This document shows positions 49,516 to 62,980 of a DNA stretch of 64,000 nucleotides, piece by piece (the stretch's first letter is position 1; each line of letters starts with the position of its first letter). Below the pieces are notes generated by a model. It did not search any database, was not told the DNA's origin, and saw only the letters and a list, made by a program, of their open reading frames with translations. Position numbers and translations under genes: made by a program. Source of the stretch: Pseudovirgaria hyperparasitica (taxonomy: Eukaryota); assembly GCA_010093815.1 (NCBI GenBank), contig ML996576.1. One strand, 5' to 3'.

Positions 49516-51279
49516 TTAGCCTCCAACAGACACATCCCATTCTTTCCAGGTGGCCGCCATAAATATACCACTGACGAGACAAAGCGCGGCAAGAAAAATA
49601 CACAGAGCCAACCATCCTATCGTGTCAAGAAATGCAAGCGAGAGCAACGGTCCAAGCACCATCCCTGATGCCCAAGCAATCTGGAGCCAGCCAAACGATT
49701 GACCAGTCGAACTGTTTTGTTTACCTGACCGTTTCAATCTCTCCTCACGACGTTTGGCAACAACCGAAAAGGAGATCAGATTGGAGCTCGTCAGAACCGC
49801 GATAGAAATGCCTAGAATGGAAACGATGACCACATACAATGCCTTGAAGCCTTTGCTTGCCTCGACGAAGTATCTAGCATGTATAAGCCAGCCCAGAATG
49901 ATCAATACCACTGTGTCAACGCAGAAGAAGATGACGCTGAGCCAGCGTGGCCCATGTCTTTCGACGTAGGGTGCTATCATGGGCGAGAGAAGAGTCGGAG
50001 CGAGCAGAGCGAAAATGACACCACCACTTGCTGTACTACCCCAGCCGAAATACCTCTGAACGAAAATAGCGAGTACCTGGTCTCATTAGCAACCGACAAA
50101 CATAGCTTGTAGTCTGTCATATTGCCGAAAATACTACTTACAGACTCCAAGGTGAACTGAACAATGGCGTTGACAGCGTATGCGTAGAAGCTAGTAGCCA
50201 GCATACGGAAGTCAGGGTCCGCGAAGAAGTCCAAGAATTTCCCAGAACTGTCTAGTCTCGCTTGGCCGGCTTTAAAACTCTTGTGCACGGCGTTCGAAGA
50301 AATGTCTGAGGACATCGAGGTGCTTCCGAGGAAGCCAGGCTCATCTGTGCCCGGCGTCATTGATCGTCCCGCTGATGTGCTATTTTCACCAGTGGCTTCT
50401 ATATCAGAGAGCGATGCATGAGTGGAACCGATATTTCCTCTACCGACTTGCGGATGCTTGTCTCGAAGAAAGAATCTTAGAGCAATGTCAAAGCCTAGTA
50501 TACCCAGTACGAGCCCCATTACCGAGTAATACCCTGTATATTCGTACAGGATACCACCGATCAATGGTCCAGCAATCTCACCTGCGGCCATACCGGCAGA
50601 GACAAATCCCATACATCGACCTACATTTGAACTGTCGAGATAAGAAGTCAAGAATGCAAATCCAGATACCCAGACAAAGCCGGCTGCTATGCCTTGGATA
50701 GCTCGAGCAGCTACCGTGAGTGCAATATGCTGCCCGAGAAAAAACATGAGCACAGCCGCGATCATGAATATTATTCCCCAGAAAAATATGGCCTTCTTCG
50801 AGCGAACTTTGTCTGTGGCATAGCCCACCACATCTATTCACTACAGTGAGTATGAATGATAGATTGGGACGTAAAGTCTTACAATTGGATAGTAGGAACG
50901 CAGCACCATAAGTTGCTAGTAAAATCGATGTCCACTGTTGAGCTGCACAGCTTGAGTATTAGCCAGCGGCACCACTTGTGTTCCAATGAGTATTGGATTT
51001 TGCGTCACTCACTCTTATCTGCTGTAATCCTCAGCCTGGTTTTCAGCATTTGTGGCAAAAATGGAATGACCTGATTCAAGTCAGGCTACGCCAACAATGG
51101 CAGATCGTCGATGACCTACCAGATCATACACAAAGTTGTCCTGCAGGAGCGTCAATAATGAGCGATTTTATACTCGAAGATCAGGGGTCAGGACATACCG
51201 TAAATACTGCACTTGCAACCACCAGGGTCGCAAACGCATCTGAAGAGAACCAGCGCTGATATCGAGATACGGTCACCAT
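49516..51279 (-). CDS. MFS transporter (vesicular amine transporter/DHA1-like)
   Basis: Exons MVTVSRY...AVFT / 21-nt micro-exon DNFVYDL (51140-51120) / VIPFLP / WTSILLATYG / GYATDKVRSKK...ARAIQG...GPLIGG; multiple hydrophobic segments. Confidence 0.82.
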
Positions 51280-52341
51280 GGTTCTGCGGCATATCTTTGT
51301 CTCGATGCAGGTGTAGTGTAATAGGAGTCCTAGGCTTTCAGTCTACCAAAAGTGGCGACCCTTTGGTCTTTGTTCCATCAAGGCCCATCTGGCATCATCT
51401 GCTTTGCCTAGCATTTTGGCTATCCCACCCTCTGATCTACATGAAAATGAAAAGCTAGATGCTACTGTGACTAAGAGAATCTTTTGCCCCGGCGACGCCA
51501 GTCGTCGTCGAAGACGTGATACAACGCGGCTCCGCTAGTCTTCAGACGATATACGCAACTACTTGACCAGCTGAGGCACCTAAGTGATCGGAGCTAGGAT
51601 AAAGGCCAATGAGTCTCAGGTCATTGCCCACCATCTTTGGCTTCCAAGACAAGTCGACCAATCGCTTCGATTCCTTCAAGCGAGTGTGAGTCTAGTAGCT
51701 AAATGGTCACTGTGTCTAACACCAGGAGCCGCAATGAAGATCCTTACGAACAATGGTTCGGCTCAGGACAAGCTTCAATGGTGTAGGGCGCTACAGCTGG
51801 CGAACCGTTGCCAAGCGTATATTGGCACGTAACAGTGAACGACCTCGGCTATGCATTCCCAATACAGTAATAGATTATGATGAAGTAGATACAGAATTCT
51901 ATCGCGCCTGGTTTCATGGACCCTGCCTTCGGACATTGCCTTGTGTTGATTAGGTCTGTCTCGGTGACAAGATCACCATTTGATGGTGATGAATCTTTTC
52001 ATTTTTTCAGATAGTCGATAGAGACTATACTCAAACACAGTGGCCGTAGGAAAGCTACACTAGGTACGAGCTCTGGTCTTTACGACTTCGCGACTCTCAC
52101 ACGTGAAACTGGAGATTCCCAAACCTATCTTCGTAAGAGTACGCGTACCATAGCACATGAGCACTCTTCCCCGCGTTTGATTACATTGATGCGCTGCTTT
52201 TGTCGGACCGGATGTACAGGGCCGGTCTAGGAGCTTGCCGATTCCCGAGATGGTGTGATTCGTGGATTTCTACAGTTTCCATAAGCATCCAAGCTTTGCG
52301 ACTTGAGTGCGTTGTTGTTGTGGCTATCTTACTTTGTCCGA

Positions 52342-53547
52342 TCAACCATGTCTCATCACGCTTAGTGTAACTACTCCTACGAGCAGACTGGCACATCCTA
52401 CGCCAACTTCCCAGGAACTGAATATCCATCTCGCAAACAGGAATGCTGCGAGAGAAGCCGAGCTAGTCAGTGCAATGAATGGTAGGAATTGAAGAGTTTC
52501 TTCGAAATAGATTCCATTCATGTCTTGTGTGAACGAAACTACGCTGGCAAAGTCTGTCGCCGGCGAAGAGAGCGACTTTGCACAGGTGCTGAATCCTGGT
52601 CAGCCTCTATCATGTATGTTGCGGGGCGCTGATGTCTCACAGGTAGTTCAGAGGCCCAAATCTAAGCACTGGAGAACATTTGCTGTGTGCACGGAATATG
52701 CCCTGCCCTTCTGCTAAGACTGGATTGTGCCACGCAGATCTAAGCAGCTTAGGAAAGATCTCGATCTGGCTAAGCTCTTCCTCTACCTGTCTGAGCGTAG
52801 CACAACAAGTCTCATACTCATCAACATCAAATTCGAACTCCAAGAGAAACTCGCGATCCAAGAGAAGGTTCGTATATTCATTCTTCTGACTTTCTATATG
52901 ATGATCAAGATCCATCGTGACTTTGTTGCGTAGCAACACCGGATACGTACTGTCCGGTCGAGGTTGGCCAAGGAGACGCATCTGTACGGTGAGACGTTGC
53001 ATTGTGTCACGACTACGAACTGTTGACTGACCTTACTGCCCACTGGCTCAGCCCCGTACAAGATTGATCTCATCATCCCTCTAGCAGATCTAAGTCTCAT
53101 TTTCAAGTGTCGGATTAGCTCTACGTCGTTCTCTATGATAGTTTTCGGGATAGGGATATCTGTGGCGATAGCGACCCCATTCTCGTCTGCTGCCCATAGC
53201 AGGAAGATAAAATTGAAAGCATTTTCTTGCTTTACTTCATCTGCTCTAGAGACTAGGTAGTTGATCCACGCGCATTTTTGAGGACCTAGACCGTCGCTCC
53301 ATTCATTCCTGTCGAAACTGACGTCTTTTTGCGGGCATGGCTGAGTATATGCAGGTAATTCTGACCGTTCCCGGTGTCTTTTCTTGATACCTTTCGAAGC
53401 ATTTCTAGATCTAGACCTAGACTCCGTGGCTGGAGGGAACCGGGATGCAGCTACTATCGCCGGGATTGTTGACACCGCAGAGCGTGCTTGTACGTGCGCT
53501 GCTTCGGGTGATTGTATCACCATATCCGTCCATGATCTTGAATCCAT
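52342..53547 (-). CDS. Orphan hypothetical protein with two predicted C-terminal TM segments; 5' end uncertain
   Basis: ORFs 52894-53547 and 52637-53002 can be joined by a GT..CAG intron. A further exon reads ...GIYFEETLQFLPFIALTSSASLAAFLFARWIFSSWEVGVGCASLLVGVVTLSVMRHG stop; its junction is not firmly resolved. Confidence 0.5.
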
Positions 53548-55205
53548 TGAGTCTTCCGAAAATTGTATGATGCTATGAGGATGTGATTATACTCGAAATC
53601 TGGGGTTGACACGAGACTTTTATGCTGCGCGGCTGCAAGTTTGTGAGTCAGCCTTGCGCTCTGGCAGCCGGTCGACAGGCCAGTAACCCAGCCTTGCATC
53701 CTTTGCTGTACAGCCTTGCTCATTACAAGCTCGGATCGGCAGCAGCGACGCTTTTCATAATACAAAAGGATTTCTTCATGGAGCGCTTGTTGATACTATG
53801 GGTGTCTGATCGCTTCCACCTGGACATACAGCGGAATTGAGGTCAAGATTTGAATACATCATGAATATATTATATCGGACTTTGCCCGACATTCACAATC
53901 GCTACTTGCCGTGCGTGGGCTAGCGTCAACGCTCCGCTGCCAGCTAGGACCCCTCCGAATGGATAACACGTAACACAGCCAATCCTAGCAATTAGATCCA
54001 TATCTAAGATATAAACAGCCTCGAAACACTATCCCGTCTACGCCGTCGCAATTATCACCATCGACACCGACATCAATTCCCCGGTCGCCACCCCCACCAC
54101 CTCGACCCACTGCTTCTCCGGCTCCCCGCAAGCGCGCCCGTGATGTCCGCCTTCGCAATGTCGGCACCGATGTCCGAGCGAAATCTCACGATGGTATGAG
54201 AGACTTCCGTTTTGGAGTCCGTGGTAGCCAATTATGCTTGCTTCCGGTGCTGCATGGTCGGCGAGACTGTGTTGTTGCTTGCCGGCTTGTTGGTGGGTGG
54301 GTTGGTGGTCGGTGGAGGGGGTGTCCGATGGCCGAGGAGGGGGCTAGGGTCTAAGTTGTTATGTGGGAGATGATTGATCGATGCATTCAGACAGTTTCGT
54401 GATATGAGAGTACGAGAGATACATCATATGACTTGACTATGGTAGACAGATCCATCAAAATATCCAAACCATCACCGTCCCGTCAGACTTCAGTAATCCA
54501 GAGCAAGCGTATCAATACCTCCTCGAGCACACTCGCAAACTCCGTCCAATTTAACCACATAGCGAGACTCTCTTGTGACTCACAGTGCATTTCATTCAAC
54601 TTCGACAGGCGCCTCGCCGCTTTAAGTGATTCACAGCGTAGCCTTGGGCATCAAGGACGCCGTCCCACTGCAACTGAATCCTCACCACGTCACTGCGCTA
54701 CAGTCCACCAACCACAAGACGAGACGAAATAAACCTTCTTTCCCATGCCATACGCATCCTAAGTATCATGTAGTGCTCCATGAGAAGTTGAAGATGTGAA
54801 GAAAAGACCTCTCCTCATGCTATTTCGAGGATGTGAGTGCTGGCAAAGTAATCCCAAGACGCGTCTGCAAGCTTCGTATTCGCACAGAAATCCACCCTAG
54901 AGATTGATGTACAGTCAGAATAGTCTCCCGACAAGATCTACCTCCTGTGTTATGAGATCAAACCGCCAGCTGCCTTCCCCGTACGCCGTGCATTCGCTCT
55001 TGGATTTGGATATCACCAGAGAGCAATAGCTGCGCTACGAGTATCATTTGCCTCCCTTGATATGCCCTCAAGTCATCGTGTTTTAGTCTGAATGGGAGTT
55101 GCTAGTCTTCTCCGGCTTGTATAGGCGTGGACAGTGCAGAGCACCGCAGCCCACCCCCTGAGTCCACCTTCCCCTTTCCCCCTAAAACAACAGCCAGCCA
55201 GCTAC

Positions 55206-56243
55206 TTAATCATCATCCTCGACCCCAACCAACCCAAAACTAATGCGCCACAACCTTTCCTCCCCCTCTTCATCAAAAGCATGCTGCGCAAACCCAGTAT
55301 ACGGCGTATTCCCACTCGCCCTCTCTGCAACCCCACACTCCTCCAAGTATCTACCTCCATCACCTTTCCACACACGTCCCACCGCCGCCCAAACCGTCGT
55401 TGCGGCACCCTGCTCTACACTCAACATACTCCTCCGCACTCCCTCATCGCCCGCAAACCGCTCCAGTGTCTCACGGGGCATATGCTTCTGCAAGCCCGTC
55501 GAGATACCGCCCGGATTCAGACTGTTCGCCGTCAATCCGTGCTTGGCGTACCGCCGCTGGATGCTATTCGCCATCCAGATCAGCGCGGTCTTGATCTGAC
55601 CGTATGCGCCAAAGGGAGTGTATTGCCCATTTGTGAACGCGAGATCAGCGAATTGCAGCGTGCTGGCGCGATGGCCGAGCGAGGAAACGTTGATGACGCG
55701 CGAGTCGAAAGCTGGGGATGCGGCAGCGGCAGCGAGTAAGGCGGGTCGGAGAAGGGCGAAAAGCAGGAAGTGGCCGAGGTAGTTTGTTGCGAATTGGAGC
55801 TCGTGGGCGTCGGTCGTGATGGTGCGTGTGGGCACGGCCATGATGCCGGCGTTGTTGACGAGGATGTTAAGGGTGGAATTCTGGGCGAGGAAAGCGTGGG
55901 CGCAGGCACGGACGGAGGATAGTGAGGAGAGGTCGCAGGGGAGGACTTTGATGATGGCGCTTTGGTCGCTGCTGGAGCGGAGGACGTCATCGGCGACTTG
56001 TTCGCCCTTTGCGACGTCGCGGACAGCGAGGTAGAGCGTGGCGCCTGTGGCGTGGAGGGCGCGAGCTGTTTCGATGCCAATTCCGGATGCGGCGCCGGTG
56101 ATGAGGATTACGTGGCCGGTCAGTTTGCCGTGCAGATCTTCGTCGGCAATGATGTCCATGGCGGTAGGACGAGCATCACCCGGGCCTTGGGGGTTGGTAA
56201 AGCGATCTTTATAAGGGTGGTAGGGATCTGATTTGCTAGCCAT
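55206..56243 (-). CDS. Short-chain dehydrogenase/reductase (retinol dehydrogenase/WWOX-like)
   Basis: Likely start MASKSDPY at 56243. GPGDARPTA, ITGAASGIG, NNAGIMA, TNYLGHF, VSSLGH, AYGQIK, LNPGGI.T.L, QGAATTVWAA. Confidence 0.92.
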   Translation of the reverse strand: MASKSDPYHPYKDRFTNPQGPGDARPTAMDIIADEDLHGKLTGHVILITGAASGIGIETARALHATGATLYLAVRDVAKGEQVADDVLRSSSDQSAIIKVLPCDLSSLSSVRACAHAFLAQNSTLNILVNNAGIMAVPTRTITTDAHELQFATNYLGHFLLFALLRPALLAAAAASPAFDSRVINVSSLGHRASTLQFADLAFTNGQYTPFGAYGQIKTALIWMANSIQRRYAKHGLTANSLNPGGISTGLQKHMPRETLERFAGDEGVRRSMLSVEQGAATTVWAAVGRVWKGDGGRYLEECGVAERASGNTPYTGFAQHAFDEEGEERLWRISFGLVGVEDDD

Positions 56244-56721
56244 GCTTCCGGATCTTCGGGGTGAGTTATGCTGAGCCGGAAGTTGAAATTGGCTGTAGAT
56301 GTTCTGAAATGAGTAGAAAGGGACACGTAAATGATGCCTTGTGATAGCTCGCATGTATATTACGGACTTGTCGGAGTATCCTGTGCCCAGGTGAACGTTG
56401 TCGTCGTCTATATATATGTATCTTGCGTATACGGATGGTACTCCGACGGAGTTCCGAGAAACACTAGACATAATAGGATATTAGCGCTACACAGGCTGAT
56501 GGTTGGTAACAATGACAGCGCTATGAACCGAAATCGTAGACGTCATTAGCTTGTTTCCTCTCTATCTCAGCCACGTGAGTTTAATTACTTCAGAGGTCAG
56601 AAATGTTCTTGGACCTGTAGTAATAAAGAGGTGCAATCGTTACTGATACAACATATGGTTTTTGTTATATACATATGCACAGAAGGTACCACACATGAAA
56701 TTCTTATACAGTTAAGTATCT

Positions 56722-59294
56722 TCAGACGTCCGTAATCCCTCCACCATATCTGAATGTCTCGACCGCTTTTGTAAACAGTGCACGGCAAGGTACTTGACTA
56801 CCCAGTCTCGAGCAAAGCAAAAACGCACCACTCAACTTCCGATGAAGACTGTAAGTTTCTTCCGGAGGCGGTGCCAGCCTCTCTCGTACCATGATTGGAA
56901 TCAATGACCTGACGCGATCTGTGATTGTCTGGTCCCTGAAATCATACACTTCTGGGCCTGACTCTGAGAACGGTTCGGCAAGCGTCAGCACTGAGTCAAT
57001 ATGTGCGTCAAGCATCGTTTTGCTTTCGTGACCTGTGAGATATCCCAGCTCTATGGAGAGATCACGAACGCCTTTGCGGTTATTTTTCGATGCATTAATG
57101 AGGATGTTTATATACGGGTCTGTAAACTTCCGAGGATAGTCGCGGGAGGCACCAAAGTCCAGGAGTTCGAGTTTCTCGGACTCTGCATTGTAAAGAAAAT
57201 TAGTCCAGTTGGGATCAGTCTGCATGACGCGGAACTCGACGATTTCACGCAAACAAAGACGAAGTATTTGTGTACCAATCCAGTTGCGTTGAGATTGGCT
57301 GAGGTTAGGTTGTTTTGTCACGGCTGTTCCGCTCATGAGGTCTGCAGTCAGGACTTGAGCGCCCGACGCCTCTTTGTAAACCGTAGGGACTCTGAAGCTC
57401 TCAGTGTCGTCGGCAAGGAGAGCTTTGAAACGCATCTGATAGTCAGCTTCACGCACGTAGTCTGTCTCCCAAGCGAGCTCGGTTCGAGCATTTGCTATGG
57501 TTTTATCTAGGTACAGGCCTTTCGGTAAGAGTCTCGAGGCTGTCAATAGTATAGAAAGGTTGTTCAAGTCGGAGTCGATTGAGTTGGCGACGCCAGGATA
57601 TTGAACTTTCACGGCAACTTCTTTGCCGTTAGATGCAAGCGTTGCACGATGTACCTGTCCGATCGATGCAGCAGCAATGGGGACATCATCAAAGCTCCTG
57701 AAGAGCGCTTCCCAGTCAGCGCCCAGATTTTCAGCCAGTACTTTGTTGCGTTGCGAAGCAGGCATGTAATCGGCGCTGTCCTGTACTCTTTGCAGCACTT
57801 CGTGGATAGGAGCTGGTAGCATCTTGAGATCCTGGAAACTGATCATCTGGCCAAGTTTGAGAGCTGCACCACGCATTCGAGAAAGCTTTGTTACAAGACG
57901 CTCCATGTTCGCTGGGCTAAGCATTAAAGAACCACCGTCAGTTCCGCTTCCTGTGATACGGCGAAGGCTCTCACCAACAGCACCAAAAGCCATGCTTGTC
58001 GCAAGACCTCCATACTGCCAAAGGCGGCCGAACCTAGTTGAGGGGACTGTAGACTCCCTCAGGTGATATCGTTTGTTGGCTTGAAGGTGCTCCTAAGGGC
58101 ATGTCAGCTGCTGGCAATGCGCTTTAAAAGTTTATTCTATACCTCAGGCGCAGAGTCTTGTGCATCATGCGAATCTTGAGCGAGATCTGAAGCGAAAGCT
58201 CTCATTTCATCTTCATCAACGACTGGCCGACGTTGCCTCTCTGACGTAGTGCTTGCTCTCGAACGGTTCTCGACCTCTTTGGCTCTGTACGGGTTACTTT
58301 GATACGGCGAACTTTTGTCATGTGTTTTTCCACCAAGCATCTCTGCCACTTTAGACGTCCGGAACACAGCCGTATCTACACCCTCTGGCAGCTCCTCCTT
58401 CGCTGACGAACCTGTCGGCCGATGAAAGACGTCCGAGTTGATGTCTCTACTAGCAATTTCATCCGATGGAGAAGGGCCTTGTTCGAAGCTCTTAGGTATC
58501 TTTAATCTTGGCAGTGACGAGTAGTCTTGCTCTATCGTAGTCGATCTGGAGTAAAAGACGTCTTTGTCGTGGTCCTGTGACAGCTCATGGTCTGCCTGTG
58601 ATGGTGCTTGGGTCTCTGCTGAGAGAGCAGGTATCTGGTTCTCTGATTGCCTCTGCGCTGTCCTGGCATGATCAGGCTCCAACGGCGAGCTTCGCAGTGG
58701 GGTAGGAATCGTGGACGTCCCAGATGACACCGGCTGTAGCTCTTCGTTTTGACGTGCAGATTCTTCTGCTAATGGGTCTTTATATGGCTCAGGCGTTGGC
58801 CGTTTGTTGAATATGTCTTTTCCGAAAGGTCGTCCCGGAAGGTCTGCACCCGCTGGAGGTATTGTGCCGTCTGGGAGGGGATACCGCTTAGCCTGCTCTT
58901 GGGTCACGTTGAGCTCCTCCCGGGGCTGCTCATTATCTGTTGCGTTCTCCTGTGATCTTTCCCAGTGATGGTCTTGTGCAAGACCTTCTCTGGGCTTTCC
59001 AAACTCTTTCTCGCCCTGAATCGTACCCTTATTGGGTATGCCATCATCTTCCTTGATGTCCGAGGTGCTGCAAGCCGTGTAGTTCGGAGGGGCTTCATTC
59101 ATACGGCGAGCCAGAGCTGCATAAGCCTCCAACGTGAGAGTAATTCGATCTGTCTGATCTTTGACAACCTTTGCGAGGGTTGAAGTTTTGGTGTATGCAT
59201 CGTACTGCTCTGACCGGAGCTTGAGGTGCTGTCGTGCTACACCTTTCGAGGCATTGAATAGCTTCGCAGCGTCGAGAAGCCTTCTGCCAGCCAT
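56722..59294 (-). CDS. COQ8: Mitochondrial UbiB/ABC1 atypical kinase Coq8
   Basis: MRGAALKLGQM (KxGQ), AAASIGQVH, VAVKVQYPGV, MQTDPNWTNF, LLDFGA, PPPEETYSLHRKLSG; intron about 58141-58093. Confidence 0.95.
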
Positions 59295-59737
59295 ATGTGC
59301 AATAAATCACTATGACATGGTGGACGCAGTCGTAAGGCTTGAAGAGTTGAAGGCCGATAAAGTCGTGCGTCATGACATTTGCTCAAACGAAGCTTGCCCT
59401 CGTGGTCGCTACAGGCCTAGCCCTAGTCTGATTGGCTGTTGATCTGCTCCACAGCGACCTTTCCATCCTCGAATGAATACGTTCAGTTAACATTCGTACA
59501 CGCTGATGCTGTTAAGATGAGGGAGCGATACTAAAGACGTCTAGTTTGATATAACCTCGTGTCCCAATGTACGTTGTCGACAGAGCATCCCAACGCTCTA
59601 CTATTAGGGTGCGTTAGCTTTCCTCTGTTTTGCGGAACGAGGATCTTACTGTCTAGCATATAAACTATACCTATATACAGAGACAGCATATGATACATAC
59701 AGCCAGTTGCCCTGCTGTCTAGAAAGAGCTGGTTGCA

Positions 59738-60763
59738 ATGAAAGTCGCCATTCTTCAATTCGCTCCGAGTGTAGGCCAGCGAGAGGACAACATTCAACGC
59801 GCAGAGAGCCTGATCGTAGAAGCAATGCCAGCAAATGGAGCACCAGGCTGGGACTGGCTGATACTACCAGAAATGGCGTTCAGTGGTAAGTGTGTCGAGT
59901 CTCACATCCTGTTCTGGTTCGCTCATACAAATACACTCAACATGCATATCACGTGCATACGACATATGGTACATTGACCTTCGCAGGCTACAACTTCCAT
60001 TCTCTCGAAGAAATAACTCCTTACCTCGAGCCCACCGCCGCCGGCCGCACCACCGAATGGGCACGCACCGTGGCCTCACGCCTCGGCTGCCACGTCACCA
60101 TTGGTTACCCAGAAGTCAACACCACTGACCCGCCCAAGAACTATAACTCAACAATCACAGTCTCGCCCCTCGGCGAAGTTCTCCTCAACTATCGCAAGAC
60201 ACACCTATACTATACCGACGAGACATGGGCCTCCGAAGGCCCGGGCTTCTACTCTGGGACGTTAGGTACTTTGGGCGCCGTCACGCATGGCATATGCATG
60301 GATATCAACAGCTATAGATTTGAAGCAGAGTGGAGCAAGTACGAGTTTGCATCCGCGGCGCTGGCGGCGAAGAGTCCCATTGTAGTTGTGAGCACGGCGT
60401 TCATTACGCATCTGACAACGGAGGCTCTGGCAGAGGAGCCGAAATTGCCGGATGATGGGACGTTGAGCTACTGGCTTGCGCGCATGGACCCAATTCGAAC
60501 AGCAACGCAGAACGACAGGGTCACGTTGGTGTTTGCGAACAGGTGTGGGAGTGAGGGGGGCACAAATTATGCTGGGTCGAGTGCGGTGATTCGAATTGAG
60601 GGTGGGAAGGTCAGCATTTTGGATATGTTGGGAAGAAATGAGGAGAAGCTGATGGTGGTTGACACGGATGGTGTAAGTAAACATCGTTTATGCGGCTTGG
60701 GAAAAACAGTTGCTGACATGCTTATAGCCACCCAAATTCGCAATGGAGTTGCGACATGAATGA
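59738..60763 (+). CDS. NTA1: Protein N-terminal Asn/Gln amidase (nitrilase superfamily)
   Basis: MKVAILQFAP, LPEMAFSG/YNF (Glu), YRKTHLYYTDETWA (Lys), GICMDIN.Y.F (Cys), FANRCG.E; two introns; final exon PPKFAMELRHE stop. Confidence 0.9.
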
Positions 60764-61142
60764 TGACCATAGACGTGAAGTTTTAGAATTCCCAAAGATG
60801 TCGATTCCCGTATGGCTGAACAGAGTGTCGTGAGTCGGATAGCTGTGTGCTGTACATTAGCTGTGATGGTATATACGAGTGGGCAAATTGCATTTCCAAT
60901 ATAGAAGTAACAACACTCGGCAGCAGTTCACTGTAATGTTCGTTTGATCTTTCCATTGGCTAGCTGTGATGTAGTGCTGCCTTTTAGCCCTATCTCGCGC
61001 CAATATCAGTCATGATTCCCATCCTATGCATCTTTGCATCTATTCCATCAGACCTCCTCGTACATGTTCAAATCCATATCCAGCGTTGTAATTCTCCGAT
61101 TGCTGGATTGCCGCACAGAAAGGAAAGAGCAGGGCGAGTTGA

Positions 61143-61452
61143 TCAGATACCGATGCGAGTCTTGCGCCAGTGACGTCTCTTAGCGTTGTAACTAATGGAG
61201 AAAATGTTAGACAGAAGTCCCACAGATCTCAGACTTTTCGACAGCAAATCCCATTGCAGGTTGGATAACAAGAGAGTCTCACCGGATGGTGTTGCCTGTT
61301 CGGAGACGAATCCATTGAGGAATGGGACGGTTCTGCTTTTGCGCTTTGGCAAGCTTCTGCTTGGTACGGAACGACTTGTGGCTCTGTGGTAGAATGTCAA
61401 ATTAGTATTAGATGGCTTTATTGGATGGGCTGAGGGTATTGCATACCGGCAT
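61143..61452 (-). CDS. RPL39: 60S ribosomal protein eL39
   Basis: Exons 61452-61447 (MP), 61383-61283 and 61191-61143 give [51 protein letters not shown]. Confidence 0.97.
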
Positions 61453-61974
61453 TGTGAGGTGTCGAGTGCTGTAGTAGAGTTAGTTGTCTTGACAGAATGC
61501 GGCGGGCATCAACACCAGCGAGGTTTTCGTTGGCAAAGTGCGGGAAGACACAAGCGAGACACTAAGCCCGTTAGCGATGTAGCGCCAAGCCTCACGGTTT
61601 CCCACTGCCAAGCCGAGCTCCAAATTGACGATGCTGAACTCTCCTGTAGAATCAACATCCCATTTGCCATCGGAGAGAGTAGACTTTGAAACAGTCAGTC
61701 TGACATCAGTCTGGTGATGCTGCAGTGTCGAAAAATCCGTTAAAGTGTTGCCGGACTAATGTATTGTCACTGTTACCTACGCACTTCGGCATCATAAACG
61801 CATCATCACTATCGCTATTCATATATTCTCGTTCATCGCATTCCATTCGGAACTACGAGTGCTACAATCTGATCCGCCACTCACATCCAGACTGCCATCC
61901 TCGACAACCGCTTTCACAAGCCAAGGCATCCGTGCTGCATCATCCATTCGGTCATCAACCATTCTCCCTCCAAT

Positions 61975-62980
61975 TTAGCGTCGTCCACTCCCATCAGTAG
62001 TAGCATCCTCCTCCACAACATCGATAAATCCTGCATCTCTCTCTTTGCAGATGCGACCCGGCGTGTGGTTCCCCGGGTAGATGGGAAGGTCTTGCCAGTG
62101 CTGATATCCTCCATGGTGCGCCCAGCCTCTCGCCGCCTCGAGCTCTCGGACAATGTCCATCATTCTGTCGCTGATCTGACCCTGCATATGTCAGCTTTCT
62201 TCTTCACGGCACATAGTAGGTACTTACGCTAGGATTTGGATACCGATATAGCGGTCCGTCGGGAAACGGTGTGAACAATCCGTTCCCAACATCGTTCCCT
62301 ATGAAATTATACTTGATGTTAACCGCTGGATACATATCGATCACTTCCAGCTCTGACCGCGCCGGCAAGTTGGGGCGAACTGAACGATTCGCGTGGATTG
62401 TTAGTTTATGAAGAGAAGCTCGACAGTCCCAGATCTTCTGGCTCACTGAGCGTTGCACTCTTTCGTCTTCGGCCACGCTGTCCATGTCGGGTCTGCGATA
62501 CATGCGATCACAGATATCTGTCGGCTCAATGCGCCAATCTAGATCTTGCAACGCGACCAGGACCCAGTCAGCCTCATCTGTTTTGATCTGTCGAGGGAGC
62601 CAGACCTGGCGGAGTAGACGTCCCCCGCGACCCTTTATTGCTTCTCCTGAGCTGTTCTCTATCGGAGGAGGTGGCTGTTGTTGACCGGCTGGCAAAAGTG
62701 TCTCAATCTGGTAAAGCTGGTAAGGAACTTGAACAGTATGGTCGATCAGCCAGGTCAACCATTTCTCTGTGGATAAAGTCAGCCTAGACTTCTTTCATTT
62801 GAGACTGTATTTTCATATATTACCAGGGTATGTTTCATTGAATGCATCAAGGTCTCTGGATGCTACTGCGGTGTAATTGCGATGGTTAACGGCATTAGGG
62901 GATCTCAAGAACTCTTGCGTACGATGTGTCTTAGCGGCGGATCCCGCCTCTAATACAGACAGTCGATCACGATGTGCCAT
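61975..62980 (-). CDS. Orphan three-exon hypothetical protein
   Basis: ORF pieces 62813-62980, 62204-62758 and 61975-62187 are separated by plausible GTAATA..CAG and GTAAGT..CAG introns with CTGAC branch sites. Confidence 0.5.

Noticed and set aside
53985..54760. Possible His-rich minus-strand exon
   Set aside because: No convincing start or upstream exon; composition explained by a skew-switch focus.
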